Part shown: positions 1-14,850 of the stretch, one piece after another | Layout: every line of letters starts with the position of its first letter | Numbering within the stretch: the stretch's first letter is position 1 | From: Camelus dromedarius | Lineage: Eukaryota | Reading direction: 5' to 3' | Assembly (NCBI RefSeq): GCF_036321535.1 | Contig: NC_087436.1 | Coordinates: 38,008,001 to 38,072,000 of the forward strand | DNA length: 64,000 nt | The notes under the pieces: model-generated | Database searches by the model: none | Seen by the model: only the letters and a program-made list of their open reading frames with translations | What the model was told of the DNA's origin: nothing | Made by a program: the position numbers and the translations under genes

Positions 1-2949
1 TGTTTATTAGCTACATCACAAGATGCAGTGCATAGAGCTCTATAAATCTTACCTTCTGAAAGAGTTCTGCCAAATACCGTTTGATTAAAGCTTGACTGTT
101 GATGAATTCTGCCTTTGACAGATGAGGCAGTGTAGCTGACAAGCAGATCGGCTCCATGTCGTAATGATTCCCCAGTTATGATGACAAAGGACAGGCTCTT
201 TGTCAGTTAGACTGTATAATCATTCAGAAACAGAATTAATCAAGGACCTAATCATTTTGTCTCTAGTTAAATCCAGCTAATGAGTTAAAATGTGTCATTT
301 ATACTACGCATTCCACTCTGAAACAGTGTTTTAAGCAATTTCCATAATCCTTCACTGAATCAGATTTTGTGCCCCGATTAAAGACTTCATAATGGAGGGA
401 AAGATAGAGGAAGAGAAGTAATGAGGTTAAGATGTGATTCAGTTTAACGATGATCGTGTTTGTGTTCTTTGTAGGGGAGAGCGGTGGGGCCTTTGAAAGT
501 CCAACAGTGTCCAAACACGCTCACACACTGCAGCCCGCCAGCCTGTGGACTGTCTTCCAGTGTGTTCTTGGGGGGGTAGTAGGTGGCTCAGCCTCAACCC
601 CGCTGCCTCACCTGACAGAAGTTAAAGTCTGCTGTGGCTTCCTAAGCGCCCTCTGTCACATGGTCCCTTGCCGTATCAACCACTAATTCCCTGACCACCA
701 TCATCCTCAGTGAACCTTATGGCCAGAGTAGGCAGTGGAGATTAGAAATTGAAGTTCTCTTGCACCCTTGCACACAAGCATGGATTCTTCTGGACCATGA
801 GGTTAGGGCTAAGTTTACTCAGGAATGTTCTAGAGGCAGCAAAGATTTTTTCAGTTTTCAGAGACAGGAACAGGTGCACGTGTCTTTGTGGAAGGATGCT
901 CTGCACCACCCAGCTGACTCCTTATGCCCGACTGTGCTTACCATGAGAAGGGCGATCTTTCTTTAACATGGCTAAATAGGAGTAATGGAAGAAATCAGTA
1001 AGCAAGGGGCATGAGAGATTCCTTTCTGAGGAAAAAAAATGCATTTATTTCTTCCTGTTTCAGTTCATTTGAAGTTCTTCCATTTGAAATGAGTGACCTG
1101 TGACGTCTTGGCTCTCTCTCCGGTATAAAAGCTGTTTACCGGAGCAGAATGGTTGTAGGGTCCTTTGTGAGCTTCTCTTGGGAGAAAAGCCCCAGGGAAT
1201 CCCTGGCTGCAAATGGTTCTTGGTAGAGAAGAGGGAGTCCAGGCAAATACAGAACTACTTAATCAAATGGGTCCCTCTTCCAGTTGTGATTCTCAGGCTT
1301 TCTGAAGTGAAGGAGCCTTTCTAATATTATAAATTTCACCCCCCACTTTCTTACCAACACACACATATAAACACATGATGGCTTTTAGTGTTTTGTAGGA
1401 GAAAGTACATGGAAGTAATATAATTCAGTGACATTTATAAATGAATATATTAAATTAATCACCGATAGTATCTGTGAACATTTGAAAAATATCAATATGT
1501 GAGTGAGTGAATGTGTGTGTGTAAGACATTATTCATTCAGTCTGAGCCAATGCATGATACAGATGTGGGCTTTTCAACCTCTGGTGATAATTGCAGAGCC
1601 CCGTGCCCCACCGGCATCTCTGGAGACTGTCTGGGAACCTCTAGGTCTCCACAGGGCCGTCTCTAGGATGCTGACCTAGACGGTACCTCCTGAGAGGAAA
1701 CCGAGGAATGAGTGAGAGGGATGTTCTTAACCAGAGATGCTCAGATCTTGCTTTTCACTGCCTCCTCTTCCCTGAAACTTCCTCTCACTCTCTTAAGATG
1801 TTCTGTCTTAGATTGTTCTCTGCCTGACATTTACCTGCCACTGGCAGCTGCCACAGTGATGTGCCTCTCACTTCTTTACAAGATCTGGTTTTAAAGATAA
1901 ATTGCAGAGAGAAGAGCTTTCTTTTTTTTCCCCTTCTCATTATACATCTTATTGATATATTTTATATGTTTTTAAAATTTAAGTTTAAGTAAAATTTTTT
2001 GATATAATAAAAGCCTAATACACAGTCCCAGGAATTCCCAGAAAATATCTGATCTAAATACTTAGAACTACATTTTCCTTTTCAAGTTTTTTTTTTTAAT
2101 GAGGCAATATTTGAAGAAACAATACATCCTAAAAATAATGCAGCATGTGAAAAGAGATTATGTTTATTCAGATTGGAAGGGAAAAGTTATAAACATCATA
2201 TTTCTTAGACTGCCAAGAAAATGCAGTTACTTTTTTTCTGTTAACTGTGAACAGCCAATTAAAATAATTTTTCATGTCTTGAAAATAATATGTACAGTTG
2301 CTTCTGTTTCTGGCAATATGGTAGACTCCATATCCTAGAAAAGAGACCTTGTACACCTGTCAATGGTAAAATAAAGCAAACAGCAAAGATCTGAATGCGT
2401 TTAAAAAAAAAAAAAAAGTAACAGTAGTCTACAGGAGCCATTGAAAAAAGCTGGAGCTTGACTCCAGAGTGAGGAAGTCAAGTTGAGGATACAGCACCTT
2501 GTAGGGTGTTTGCTGGTTTCCATAAACTCAGGACTTGATTTTTAATGGTGAGGGGAAAGGAGACAAGCTCCGGGCTCAGGTTATACGGTGAGATGGAGCC
2601 ACATCCTGCCATAGTTCTGGGACCCCAGAAAGGCTATACTCAAAATGAAATCAGAGAATAGTCCACTTTTGGCAAGCAGAGATGCTCAGGACATTTGACT
2701 GTCTTGGAGTAATTGCTGGGTAGAGAAAGAGTTATACTTAGAGTTTGTAACCACAATCCTTCCTTCAAGTGTGTTTGGAGTTCAGACTTAAAATGCTTGC
2801 CTGACCAGAAAACCCTCAGGCAAGAAATAAACTTTAAATAGTCTTTGATTGATAGCATCCCAGAGTGCCTGGCAGAGGCAAACACAAATGCTGTCTGGAG
2901 GGACTTACCCTCAACCCGGGGGTCACAGGATTTTAACAGATAAAGACCA

Positions 2950-5350
2950 CCAAACAGGAGCTCGTGATTTCAAATTCCAGAAATACACAAGGAAATGAGA
3001 GGCATGCGCAGCAGACAGGAGAAACCACAAACAGGAGAACTAGACTTCCAAAGCACAGAGATAATGATTTATCAGATAAAGAAAGTGATATAAATGCCTA
3101 GAATATTTTTAAATGTGCAAAAGCAGCATGAATAAAAAGTAAGACTTTATCAAAAATTAAGCATAATTGAAAAGAGCCACATAGAAAGTTCTAGAAATTA
3201 GAAATACAATAATGGAAATTAAAAACTCAGATGTTCCTATTAGGTAGCAAGTTATTCATATCTGAAGAGAACTGATCAACTGATTCTAAAGAAATTACAT
3301 ACAGTGCAATACAAATAGATGGAAATGAGAAAGAAAGGTTAAGAGACATGAAAAATAGAAAAAGTCTATTATACATCTAGTTGGGATTGTAGACTTTGAT
3401 TCAACAACAAATGAGAAACAGTTATTTTCTATCAAATAAAAACAGAATTTACTATTAGCAGATCCTTAAAAGGTCAAGTATTTTAAAAAGCATGAAAATT
3501 AAAGAAATTGTTGAAGTCTGTAAAGCTAAACCACACTGACTGTATAAAATACTGAGTCCATACTGGGCATGAGAAATCAAGATACAAATAAAATACTGCT
3601 ACACATCACATGTAAGACAGGAGCATTCTACAGGACATGTTAATCAGAAAGAGGGAAAACAAACTTTAAATTGTGTCAGATGTACATGGTAAAAAAAATC
3701 CTAAGGAAAACCACTGAAAGGATAGAAGTAGACTTCCTAACTTCTATAATAATATGAGGCGAAAGGATCAATCCAAAACATGCAAGAAAATACAGGGGAA
3801 AAAAATCTTAGAAAACAAGCAAGATAAAAGAATGCACACAATAAAATGTTAGAAATATATTCAAACATGTTATCAATTAATAACATATTAATAAATAGAT
3901 GTATCAATTGCATTATATATTTATTATAATGGTGATTCTATTCTATTATAACAATATAATTATTAAATGATAATAAATATTAAAAACTAAAGTGCAGTAT
4001 CTTAAAAATAGTGATATAAGTTTGGTTTAAAAAATTCAGTTGTATATTTGTTTACAAGAGATGCTCGTCATACCTAAGGATATAGACGGTTTGAAAGTGA
4101 AAGAGGGGTCATACCAGGCAAATACTAATTTTATTTTATTTATTTCACTTATTTTATTTTTAACAGATATAATTGACATATAACATTGTATAAGTTGAAG
4201 GTTTGCAAAGCATTGATTTGACACATTTATATATCGCAGTATGATTACCACTGGAGTGTTAGCTAACACCACACCTCCATCAGGTCATATAACTATCATT
4301 CTTTTTTGTGGTGAGAACATTTAGGATCTAGTCTTAGCAACTATTCAGTATACACTACAGTATTGTTAGTGATAATCACAAAGCTGTGCATTAGATCTTC
4401 AGGACTTACTCATCGTCCAATTGCGAATTTGTACCCTTTGACCAACATCTCACCAAGTTCCTCACCCCACAGCAAATACTCACTTTAAAAAGCTTTTATT
4501 GCTGCATTAGTACCAAATTAATTTTAAGGTAAAATGGATTATTACAGATAAAGTAGGTCACTTCAAATTGATAAAAGGACCTGTTTGCCAGGAGAATAAT
4601 AATTGCAAACTTACATATTCACTGTGTACCTAATGAGACTCTCAAAATTTGTAAAATACAGTGATAGAATTATAACAATATGCTAGATATTGGCATGTAA
4701 AACTTTATTCACTTCGTAGAGGTGTTTGGCCATTCCCAGAAAAGTTGACGATGCAATTCCACTTCTACATATAAATATCGTAGGGAATTATGCTCATCTG
4801 TGTTCAAGTCTACATGTAAAGGAATGTTTAGAACAACATTATTTGTAAGAGTGAAAAACAGGGAAAAATGTGGCTATCCATCCCTGGAGGATATATGTAA
4901 GCAAATTGTGGTGTGGCCATTGAACATAAAACTGCCCTCACTGAGAATGAGTCAGCAGGAGCTGCAGGGGTTCACAGAGTGGGAGTGGGGACAGGGGGCC
5001 CATGTTGAGCAGAAATAAGTACTGAGTTTCAAAAGAACTGACAATACATTCAGTATGTTACTACCTACATAATTTTAAAAGGCAAAATAACACTATGTCT
5101 TGCATAGAGATCCATCCATTTCTTACAGTAAAAATGTTGAGAAAGCCAGGGAGTGATAAGCCCTGTGTCCAGAGACTGGTCATCTCCGGGGGGGGGAGGG
5201 TGGGGCTGCAGTCGGGACATGGTGGGGCCATCGAGAGGGACACCTGGGCTGGTCATGTCCCGTTTCTCAAGCTAGCCAGTGAGTACGGGTAAGTCTGTCT
5301 GATTATTTACATACCGTTTAGTAAGTCTGGAAATTTTTATAATAGTCTTT
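2950..5350 (+). mobile_element. Old degraded L1 (ORF1/endonuclease and 3' fragments, L1M-type) in PRDM5 intron
   Basis: A-rich; decayed endonuclease-like segments at ~4045-4125 (tttacaagagat...ttgaaagtgaaag) continuing at ~4490-4580 (acagataaagtaggtcacttcaaattgataaaagg). Confidence 0.6.
4130..4470 (-). mobile_element. L1 3' end nested in the older L1
   Basis: T-rich head then gatataattgacatataacattgtataagtt...gtaccctttgaccaacatctc; flanked by gcaaatactaattt (~4118) and gcaaatactcactt (~4472). Confidence 0.75.
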
Positions 5351-5977
5351 TAAATACTAAGGAGAATGTATAAACGAAACTTGTCCATATAACATGAAAT
5401 TTAAAGCATATACCTACTACCTCAATCAAAAAAAAGTGTCTATAACATATTTTTGAAGCTGTACTTGAAAAAAAAATCTCATTGCAATTTTACTTTGAAC
5501 AGATCTTTTTATCAGTGCACTATTTAGTAAGTGGCCAGCTGTTTTACTGGAAAAATATTAATTAATTTAGTCTGTAATTCATTCCAAGCTAAAAAGATGG
5601 TGATGTAAGTTCCTGATATCAAAGATGGCTAAGGAATTTGGACAGTTTTTCCTTTTCCTATGGAGATAATTTCTTTTCCTTGAGAGTCTGTGACCAACAA
5701 TAAAAAATGCCTCATTTTAAAAAGTAATTTAGATTTTATAAAAGAACAGCCTACATAGGAAAAAAAGATTGGATAATGGAAATGAAAATACTTATATTGC
5801 ATTTGGGCTCTAACTTCTTAAACTTACCACCAAAATCTGTTGAAAATTTGGTTCTGAAGTTTTCGTTCCCAGGAATCCTGTTGAGACAGGAAACAGTTTG
5901 CATCACCTAGACCAGGGTTCCCACACTGTCTTGCTCCAAGACACCCTCACGACATCGGAGACTAAAAGCAGACCTAA

Positions 5978-6394
<417 letters not shown>

Positions 6395-6427
6395 TAGTGT
6401 CCTCCGGGAACCGCCAGTAACAGGAGA

Positions 6428-6543
6428 TGTGTGTTTGTGTGCGTGTGTGTCTGTGCATCCACGTGTACATGTAGGGTGTGTGTGTAGCTGTGCATCTATG
6501 TGTGCATGTGTGAGTGCGTGTGTGTGTGTGTGCGTGTGCATGC
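6428..6543. repeat. Degenerate (TG)n microsatellite
   Basis: gtgtgtttgtgtgcgtgtgtgt... about 115 bp, 60 nt downstream of the exon donor. Confidence 0.85.
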
Positions 6544-8116
6544 TGGTGTCTATTAATGTCTTGTGCGCTTTATGCCCTTTGATTGCATAATCCATGTAAC
6601 CACGTTGTAGCAATGTTTTTTATCCTGGTTTACTGGCAGCAGACAAATTTTTCTTTAAGACGTGCTTGTACCCTGTTTTATTGCAGTTGAGTTGTTCTTC
6701 CCAGGTATAAATGCATGGTGATTCAAGGCAGCTTTCATGTGTCTGTCCAAGTCTTTGACAGGTTAATGATAGTTAAACCAGAGATTTAACTGGTCATAGA
6801 TATCATTTATTTTGTTAAAGCCAAATAATGAATTCTAAAACATGCATGAACTCCTTGGTTTAAAAAGCACGACTAGTAATTGTCTAGATTTTCTGCTTAT
6901 GACATTTGAATTGAAAAGAAATTATCGACATAGTTGTTCACGTTTATTTATGAAAGGACAAAAATACTACCATTGTCAGTAAAATTAATTGGATCATTGA
7001 TGGCTTTAGAGAAAAGTGGTTTATCAGTGAACAGTGTCACCATTCTCCTGTGTGAGATTGCCAGTTGACAGAAAATGGGCAGAGGTGTTAGGAAAAACAC
7101 TTGGCTTCTTTCTAAAATAAAAACAGTTTTTAAAAAGTATTAATGTAGCTCAATGTAGGAAGAAACATTGAAGTTGTAATGTGTGAGATTGCACAGCACA
7201 CAGTTCTCTTTGAATGCTGAGGGAAACTCGAGTACTCAGCCCCACTGGCGTTTCCCAGAGGATAAAGGATGGAGTAAGCAGTACATATAAAAGGAAACTC
7301 ACCATCATGAAATGTTTTCCTTGTCTTTCCAGGAAGCTTTGGTGGTAAGGTTAAGGCAACAATGTACTCCCAGTGGGTCTACTCATAAAAATACCTTTAT
7401 CAACAGAGAACTTCTTTATGGAAAGAACTACTTGTAGAGTAAGAAATGTACACATGTAGAGCTCTATCCTGGATGGAGGTACAGCCCAGATTAATAATTT
7501 GATGGATTGATAATTTAATCCATTGGCACTTTTATTGGAAGTGTTTCCTAGAAGCAAAACTTACTTGGATTATTTAATTGCACAACATAAATAAGTGACG
7601 GGAGACAGATGGAAATTAAATATTAACTGTGTGTGGACATTGTCCTACCATCCTCTCCTCCCAGCTTTTATTTGTGCTGGATATGTTTGTTGATTACTAT
7701 CCTTAGATGAACTGGGTCATGATGTTATTTTCTTTAAATTGTATGACAGGCATGATTTTTCTACTTCTATCCCACTTACTTCTATCATATGTTTAAAAAA
7801 CTCAGCCTTTATTTGCAGTCTATACTGGTCTACTGAGTAAAGATCCAAGTCTAATGCTTCCAAAACTTCCCAAAAATGCAGCCTGCTCAGCTGAAAACTG
7901 TCTGTTCCAAAGTCTTGTCCTCCTGACCTACTCATTCCAGATAAAAGTCGTCCTTTCTCACCCCAACTCCAGTCTCCTTCCTAAATGGTTCTCAAATCCA
8001 TCACTCCCTCTTGGTTTCCATTCCCACCAACAGTGCACACATAGCCTGGACCCTCACCTCACTGTTTCTTATTACACTCAGTCTCCAATATATGTGCTCT
8101 CTACCCTGCCAGGGTG

Positions 8117-8472
8117 ATTTTTTTTAAAAATTGAAATGAAATTCATGTAACATAAAATTACCCATTTTAAAGTGAACAATTCAGTAGCCTTTAGTACATT
8201 AACAGTGTTGTCCAGCCATCATCTCTGATTCCAAAAACACTGCTATCATCCCAGAATAAAGTTCCATACCCATTAAACTGGTATTCCTCACTCTCCCCGG
8301 CAAGCACCGATCTGCTTTCATTTCTACAGATTTACCTATTCTGGATCTTTCCTATAAATGAATCACACCATAGGTGACATTTTGTGACCGGCTTCTGTCA
8401 CTTGGCATGTTTTCAAGGATAATCTGCATTGTAGCTTATGTATTAGTACGTCAATCCTTTTTATGGCTGGGC
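8117..8472 (-). mobile_element. L1 3' end (L1MB/MC-like)
   Basis: tttttaaaaattgaaatgaaattcatgtaacataaaattacccattttaaagtgaacaattcagt...cctttttatggctg, a typical antisense L1 3'UTR. Confidence 0.75.
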
Positions 8473-8539
8473 GATATCACCCAGTAACCCTGCACCCTCG
8501 TTGCTTCTATAAATTTTCAAACCTATCACCTTCTCTAAG

Positions 8540-9336
8540 TTTCCACTGCCACCTTCACTTCTCTTTTTCTCTCACCCCTGACATCCAGTGTGGTAGCAAA
8601 TCAGAATCGTTCTATAAATAAGCTGAGAATCGGAACACTTCTTACACCTCCACAGCCACCGGCCTAGTCTCCTGGAATAATGCAATAGCTTAGTAATTGA
8701 TCTCTCTCTTTCTGTCTTTGACCCTGACAATCTGTCCCAAACTTGCCACCCACCGTGATCCACTGTCTAGAACCTGAGTCAGCTTATATGTATGTGTGTG
8801 GCTTGTATATGGATTATATTAGTCTCATTTGCTCAAGCCATTGACGACTATTTCATTTAGAGTGAAAACCATAGTTTCAGCACAATCCGCACATGAGCTG
8901 CACCCACCCTCCTGCCCGCCCCACGCTGACTTCACCACCACCTCACGCCGGCCACACGGCTCCTCACTGTTCTTTCAGACACCCCAAGTGCACTCCTGGG
9001 AACAGGTCTTCGTATTGGTGTTTCCAGCCTGGAACGCCCTGCTCAGGGATCTCTATGATCTGTTCCTGTGCTGCTTTCAGGTCTCGGCTCAAATTCCTTC
9101 CCCTCTTATTTCCACTACTTCCTTAACCCTCACCCCGTAGTCGTCTTCTCCTTCATGGCGCTTACATCCACCTGAAATACTACATATTGCTTTGTGTAGC
9201 TGTTTACCATGTTCTGTAAGTTTCATGACAACAGAGGTTCCCATTATTGCTTATTGCTATGTTTCCGGCCCCAGAATACTGCCTAGCATATAAGAAGCAT
9301 TCAAGGAATAGTTTTAAAAGAATGAATAAATGAATT
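8540..9336 (+). mobile_element. L2 3' region
   Basis: Ends with the L2 terminus gcctagcatataagaagcattcaag...gaatgaataaatgaat. Confidence 0.7.
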
Positions 9337-10639
9337 AAGCGCCACTGTCTGAGTTTATGTACAAATCATTTCTGGCTTGGAGTGGAATAGTAGTTGGCCT
9401 CCCTGACTCCAGTTTGGTCCTCTCTAGCTTGCTGAATAAATTAGACATTAGCTTCCATCTCTTCTTCAATTCCTACCACTGGCAGAATATACATGCTTCC
9501 AGTTTCTAATTATAATTACCAGGATCTGCAGGATTTGGCTCCAGCCTTCGAACTTCCTGTTCAAGCGATTCTTCTAATGAGGTCTTGTCTTCAGCCTAGT
9601 GAGCTGTTTTCACTCCCCACCTGAGTCTTGCTCTTCACTGCTCTGAACCTTCGGTCGCTGTCTTCCCTCTCCCTGGAATGCCGGTCCCCGAGGATGTGAT
9701 AGCCCCTGTGCATCCAGGAAGAGCTCATTGCACCCTCCTCTGTGCCTCTCTCTGCATTATGTCCATGATGTTACAAGTATTGCCCTGAAGACTGTGGACT
9801 CCCCAGGGGCCGGGCAGAATGCTCTTTGTCACCATGTCCCTTACTGAAGAGGTAGACACACTGTCTGTGATAAATATTTGTTAACTGAAGATGTTTGCAT
9901 TGAATTCTACATTATCTCTCAAGTACTTTCTGTTAAATATGTTGTTTCACTTTATTTTAAAACAAAATCACTTTACCTCCCGTCTAGGGAAAGAACAAAA
10001 TATTTTCCCATTTTTGGCATGTAAATTAATACTAAGTTGGAGTAAGTTGAAGGCTTGTGTAAGAATCACGGGTGGGAAGAAAGAAAAGGAAGCATTCCTG
10101 ATACTATTTAGAACTCCTTGCTCTCCCTTGTTTTTAAAATGACTGTAAACGTCCTTACATTTGACTGATTTATGCAAAGCATCAATTTGAAGTCCCTTAA
10201 TGACTGCATTTAAGCTTATGAAAACATAGCTTTTAATGTCTAGGTAGTCATTTTCACAACCGTGACATCAGCTACCCTCTGCTGACATTTAATCCTCTAC
10301 TCTGGCCCTTGTTCAACAATCTGTTGGGTTGTTCCCCTCCCATCTCCGATTGGAGCTGCTAGAACTCCTTAATTCTGAGCCATCAGCAATGACTTCATCC
10401 TCTTGCTCAGTTCCTTTCCATTTGTCCAGTAACTCCCCACGGTGACTGTGTAAACGGACTTGCACTCTGTCTCCCCCACAACACGCTGGTGAGCTGAACT
10501 GTCTGAGAACCTCCTTTATTTTTTCAGAGATTTTTACTTCCTAAAAATGGTGTCAGCCAGGCAAATGGGAAAAAGTGTAGCCGGCTCCCATATCTCTGTT
10601 TGAAGTTGGAGCCTTTGATAATTGTTGGCCCTTTGAGGT

Positions 10640-10870
10640 TGGCATAGACTCTGAACCCAGACTGTCTGGCTCTAAATCCTGGAAACCACTTCCTAGTTCT
10701 GTGACCCTGGGCCGCCTGCTTGAGACGGAAGTGTATGTGTCAATTTCCTTCTGTAAAATGGGGATAGTCACGCTGGTATCTACCTAAAAGGGTGGTGGTG
10801 AGGATGGAACAAGCTAATGTTTAGAAGAGCGGTTGGCGGCACACAGTGAAAGCTGATGTCAGTGCTTAAA
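10640..10870 (+). mobile_element. MIR SINE
   Basis: Core ctgtgaccctgggc...tttccttctgtaaaatgggatag...ggtgaggat. Confidence 0.75.
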
Positions 10871-10879
10871 AACCTAGTC

Positions 10880-12250
10880 CCGGTGCCAGACACTGCAATG
10901 AAACAGTGTACAGGACGCCACGTCCCCTGTTTCAGAGAACTCACGTTCTGGTGGAAGAAAATAAATTAAATTAAACAAATAAACCTGAGTAAATGTCTAA
11001 CTGCTTGGGAAAGGAGAAAACGGGGAGTGGACTGTGAGAAAATAGGGAAGAATGAATGCCCTGAGCAAGTGACTCTACAAGGAGTCAGCCATGGGGGAAG
11101 GAGCATTCTGGGCTCAGGGAACTGAGCAAATCAAGGGCTGTGGGTGGGGAAGAGCATGGCGTGTTAGGGAAGAAAGAAGGCAAGTGGAGCTGAAGCCAGT
11201 GATTGGTGGGGTTGGGGGGCGTGCAAGCAAAGGCTGGAGAGCAAGCTGGTGGTCTCTCAACCACATTAAGGAATTTACATTGAATCTAGCCTAGGCAGGT
11301 AGTGATTTTCACTCAGGTTGCAGCAGTGGAGACAGAGGCAATTAAATGTCTTCTAGAAACATGTACGGGGAAGGAGTGGTGATTGATTAAGTGAAGTGGC
11401 GATAAGGGAGACTTCGGATCGATGACTGCCCAATTTGCAGCAAGTGAGCAAGTGTCAGAAGGATGACACTATTTTTTTTTTTTTTTGAGAGTTAGATTTG
11501 GGAAACAAAGTCTTCTTTGTTGTTGTTGAACTATAGTTGACACACAATACCATGTAAGTTACAGGTGTACAATATAGTGATTCACAATTTTTAAAGGTTA
11601 CATTCCATTTATAGTTATTATAGAATATTGGTCATATTCCCTGTGCTATACAATATATTCTTGTAGCTTAATTTGTACCTTTTATTTCCCTACCCCTAAA
11701 TTGCTCCTGCCCCCTTCCCTCTCCCCACTGGTAACCACTGGTGTGTTCTCTGTATCTGTGAGTCTATTTCTTTTTTGTTATATTCACTAGCTTGTTGTAC
11801 TTGTTAGATTCCAGCGCAGTTTTAGACTTACTAAGTTTGAGGTGCCAGTGAGCTGTCCAACAGGGCACTGAGATCCTCCACTGTGCAGTTCAGGGGAGAT
11901 GACTGGATCAGAGACAGATATTTGCACGTGATCTCCATAAAAACCGTAACAAAAAGATCAGAGGAGAGAAAACGCCTGGTGAATGGAGAAGTGGGCTGAG
12001 GAACAGGCTCTGAGATCCCAACTTCAAGGTTAGGGTGGAGGAGGAGCCTGAACAGGAGAAAGGAGGGGGACGTGGCCAGAAAAGTAGAAAAACAAGGAGC
12101 GTTAAGTCATTCTGGAAAAAACTAAGTGCAGGGCGGGAGGAAGTGGTCAGGTATGTCAGACGATGCTGAAAATTCATGTAAAATGAGGGTTCACGGGGCC
12201 CCATCACATTTAGCCATGTGACCTAACCATGCTGGTGACCTGTCACAGCA
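10880..12250 (-). mobile_element. L2 fragments, interrupted by an L1 3' end
   Basis: Purine-rich antisense L2 motifs, e.g. aagtttgaggtgccagtgag...gttcaggggagatgactgg. Confidence 0.55.
11515..11813 (-). mobile_element. L1 3' end (artiodactyl-type)
   Basis: ttgaactatagttgacacacaat...ggtgtacaatatagtgattcac...ccctgtgctatacaata...ttagattcca; reverse complement of the type of L1 tail at 53192-53710. Confidence 0.85.
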
Positions 12251-13349
12251 GCTGAGAGAGTTAAGTCCCTCAAGGTAAAGTCTGATGGGGGCGCACTGAG
12301 GCCTGGATGGAAGATGAGGGTGTGGAACCTTCACTCGGCCAGCTATATTTTTTCATAGCAAAATAACATTTGCTTTCTAATGATAAAAGTTTCTTCTTTG
12401 TTGTTTCAGAAAAAAAATAGGAAGTACAGAGGAAATAAAGACAGAAATAAAACGATCTCAAATTTCTCAACTGATACCAGCTAATATTAATGTTAATCTC
12501 TTGATGTTTTCCTCAAACACTTACTTCTACAGATACAGTTGTGCTCTTTATTTCAATATTGTAGATTAAATTATGCATTGATCTTTTTATTCTGTTTTCT
12601 TCTCTTTACATTGTCCCTTGCCTTTAAATATTTTTTGAAGTATTATCTTTTCTAACAGCTGAAAAGTATTTTCTCATCTGGTTATAGCAAAATGAATGTA
12701 CTCATTAACTTTGGGCAAGTAAGTCATTTGCAGCACTTCACCTTTATGAATAATTCTGGGACGAACATCTCATGTAGACATTTTGACTAGGAGCACTTCA
12801 GACTGGTGGTACTCCTGTTTCTTTTAAAGGCTATGAAAATACGAATGCTAATAATCTCTGTCTCTCCAAGGCGCTTTTGAGGAAGGGCTACTGAGCACCA
12901 TTACACATCCATCAGCATTTTACACACTTAGGCACATTCTGATCCCCTTTTAAAATGTTTGGGGGTGTGTGTTATTTTGTTTAAAGTGTGTTTTTTTTTT
13001 TAAATAGCATGTGCTTTCATTTTCCTGTTTACCCTAATTTCGGAGTCTTACATTTATTGAGTGTCTGCAGGATAACACCCATTTGCATAAATTGCCTCAT
13101 TTCATCTTCGTATGTATTCTGGGAGGTACTTATCATTATGGTCCCTTTACAGGTGAGGGAACTAAAGCTAAAAAGCCTCATCTGTTCATTTATGCTTCCT
13201 TAGTAAGTGACAGACTCCAATTCAAACCCAGTAGGTTAATTCAACAAACACTTATTTAGTGCTTACTCTGTGGGGACCAACTGACCCCTTAGGACATACG
13301 AGTGAATAAAACTTACAAAGATTCTCTGCCTTCGCGGGTGGCAGTGTAG

Positions 13350-13604
13350 TTGGGTTTTTAGGGAGGATCCTCTTACTAGCTGTGTCCTCTCCTGGCCTTC
13401 CTGGGTGGGTGCATGCAGAGGAGAGAGAGCGAGATCTGGGTGTCTCCCTGTCTGTAAGAGTGTTAATCCCAGAATGGGACTCCATCCTCTGACCTCATCT
13501 AACCCTAGTTATCTCCCAATGGCTCCGCCTCAGATACCATCACACTGAGGGGTAGAGCTTTAACTTATGAATTTTGAGCGTTCACAAGCATTCAGTCCAT
13601 AGCA
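13350..13604 (-). mobile_element. MaLR LTR fragment (MLT1A-like)
   Basis: gacctcatctaaccctagttatctccca...tatgaatttt...cattcagtccatagca; similar to 45231-45594. Confidence 0.7.
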
Positions 13605-14685
13605 GACTCTAAACCTAGTTTTCTTTATATCACACTATGCTGCTGCCTATGGATGACTCAGAATACATTATTATTGGATTACTGCCTCTCCTTACCAAAT
13701 TGCCAGCCTTGCCCTCCCGAGTTTCTTGTTGCTGTGGATGTAAAATCCCCCTCCTCTCGTAAAGAGAGAGAGAGAATTTTTTATTTGCCTTTATATTTTC
13801 ACAAGCTTCCCCTCAGTCAGAACTTCAGCTTTTTTCCCAGTATTTTTACAAGCCTTTACCTCTCCCATCGTCGTCGTTATGCTTTTCATGGAATTTTCAC
13901 ATTATTTAAGTACGCCTTATTTTATAGTGGGTGTGCTTTTGAAGAATTTCATGTGAAGGGAATTTTTGTGAATAACACCAGACTTTGACTGAAAATTTGG
14001 TATTAAAAGAATCTCATTTTATTTTCTTGTATGACTGAAAATTCATGCCTTACATCTTCCTTGTTAATTTAATATTTTAAATTATTGGGATGTTTACTGT
14101 CTGTTGAGCCAGGTGGCAATCTGGAGGAATTTACAGGAAGTGAATATGTTAAATGGCATATCTTTAAGTCAGAAAGAAAGAATTGGAACAGTGGGTAATA
14201 AACTTCCGGGTAGGATGCTCAAAGCAGTGCTAACCTTTTACTTCACAAATGGGACTGAATTGAAGAGATCGCTGGTAAGACGTGCCTTGTGCCCAAAACT
14301 GGAGGTGCCCCCTAGACCGTAAGGTATTTTGCTTACGAGGTTTAATGTGAAATTGTCAGTACGCCCCATTACGGGGAGAAAGCTGTTGTTCCTGGGGAGT
14401 TGTCTCTCCAGAGATGTTTAAATACAGTAGCTGGGGGAGGGAGGGCAGTTGGGATGCAGAGGACGCCCATTAAATGCAAACAACTCTTGGAAGTATAAAT
14501 GTATTTTCTTTACTTCTTACTTTGGATGCTAGATTCCATTTCTCTCAAGAGCACTTTTTGTTCTTATGCCTGTCAGTACCTACTTGATAATAGGAATTTG
14601 CATAATGTATATTGTGTAAATGATAAATTGGTGTACCTCTGGATTTTTCAATATAATATGATTGGTGTCTTTGGGTCTTTTCTAG

Positions 14686-14850
<165 letters not shown>
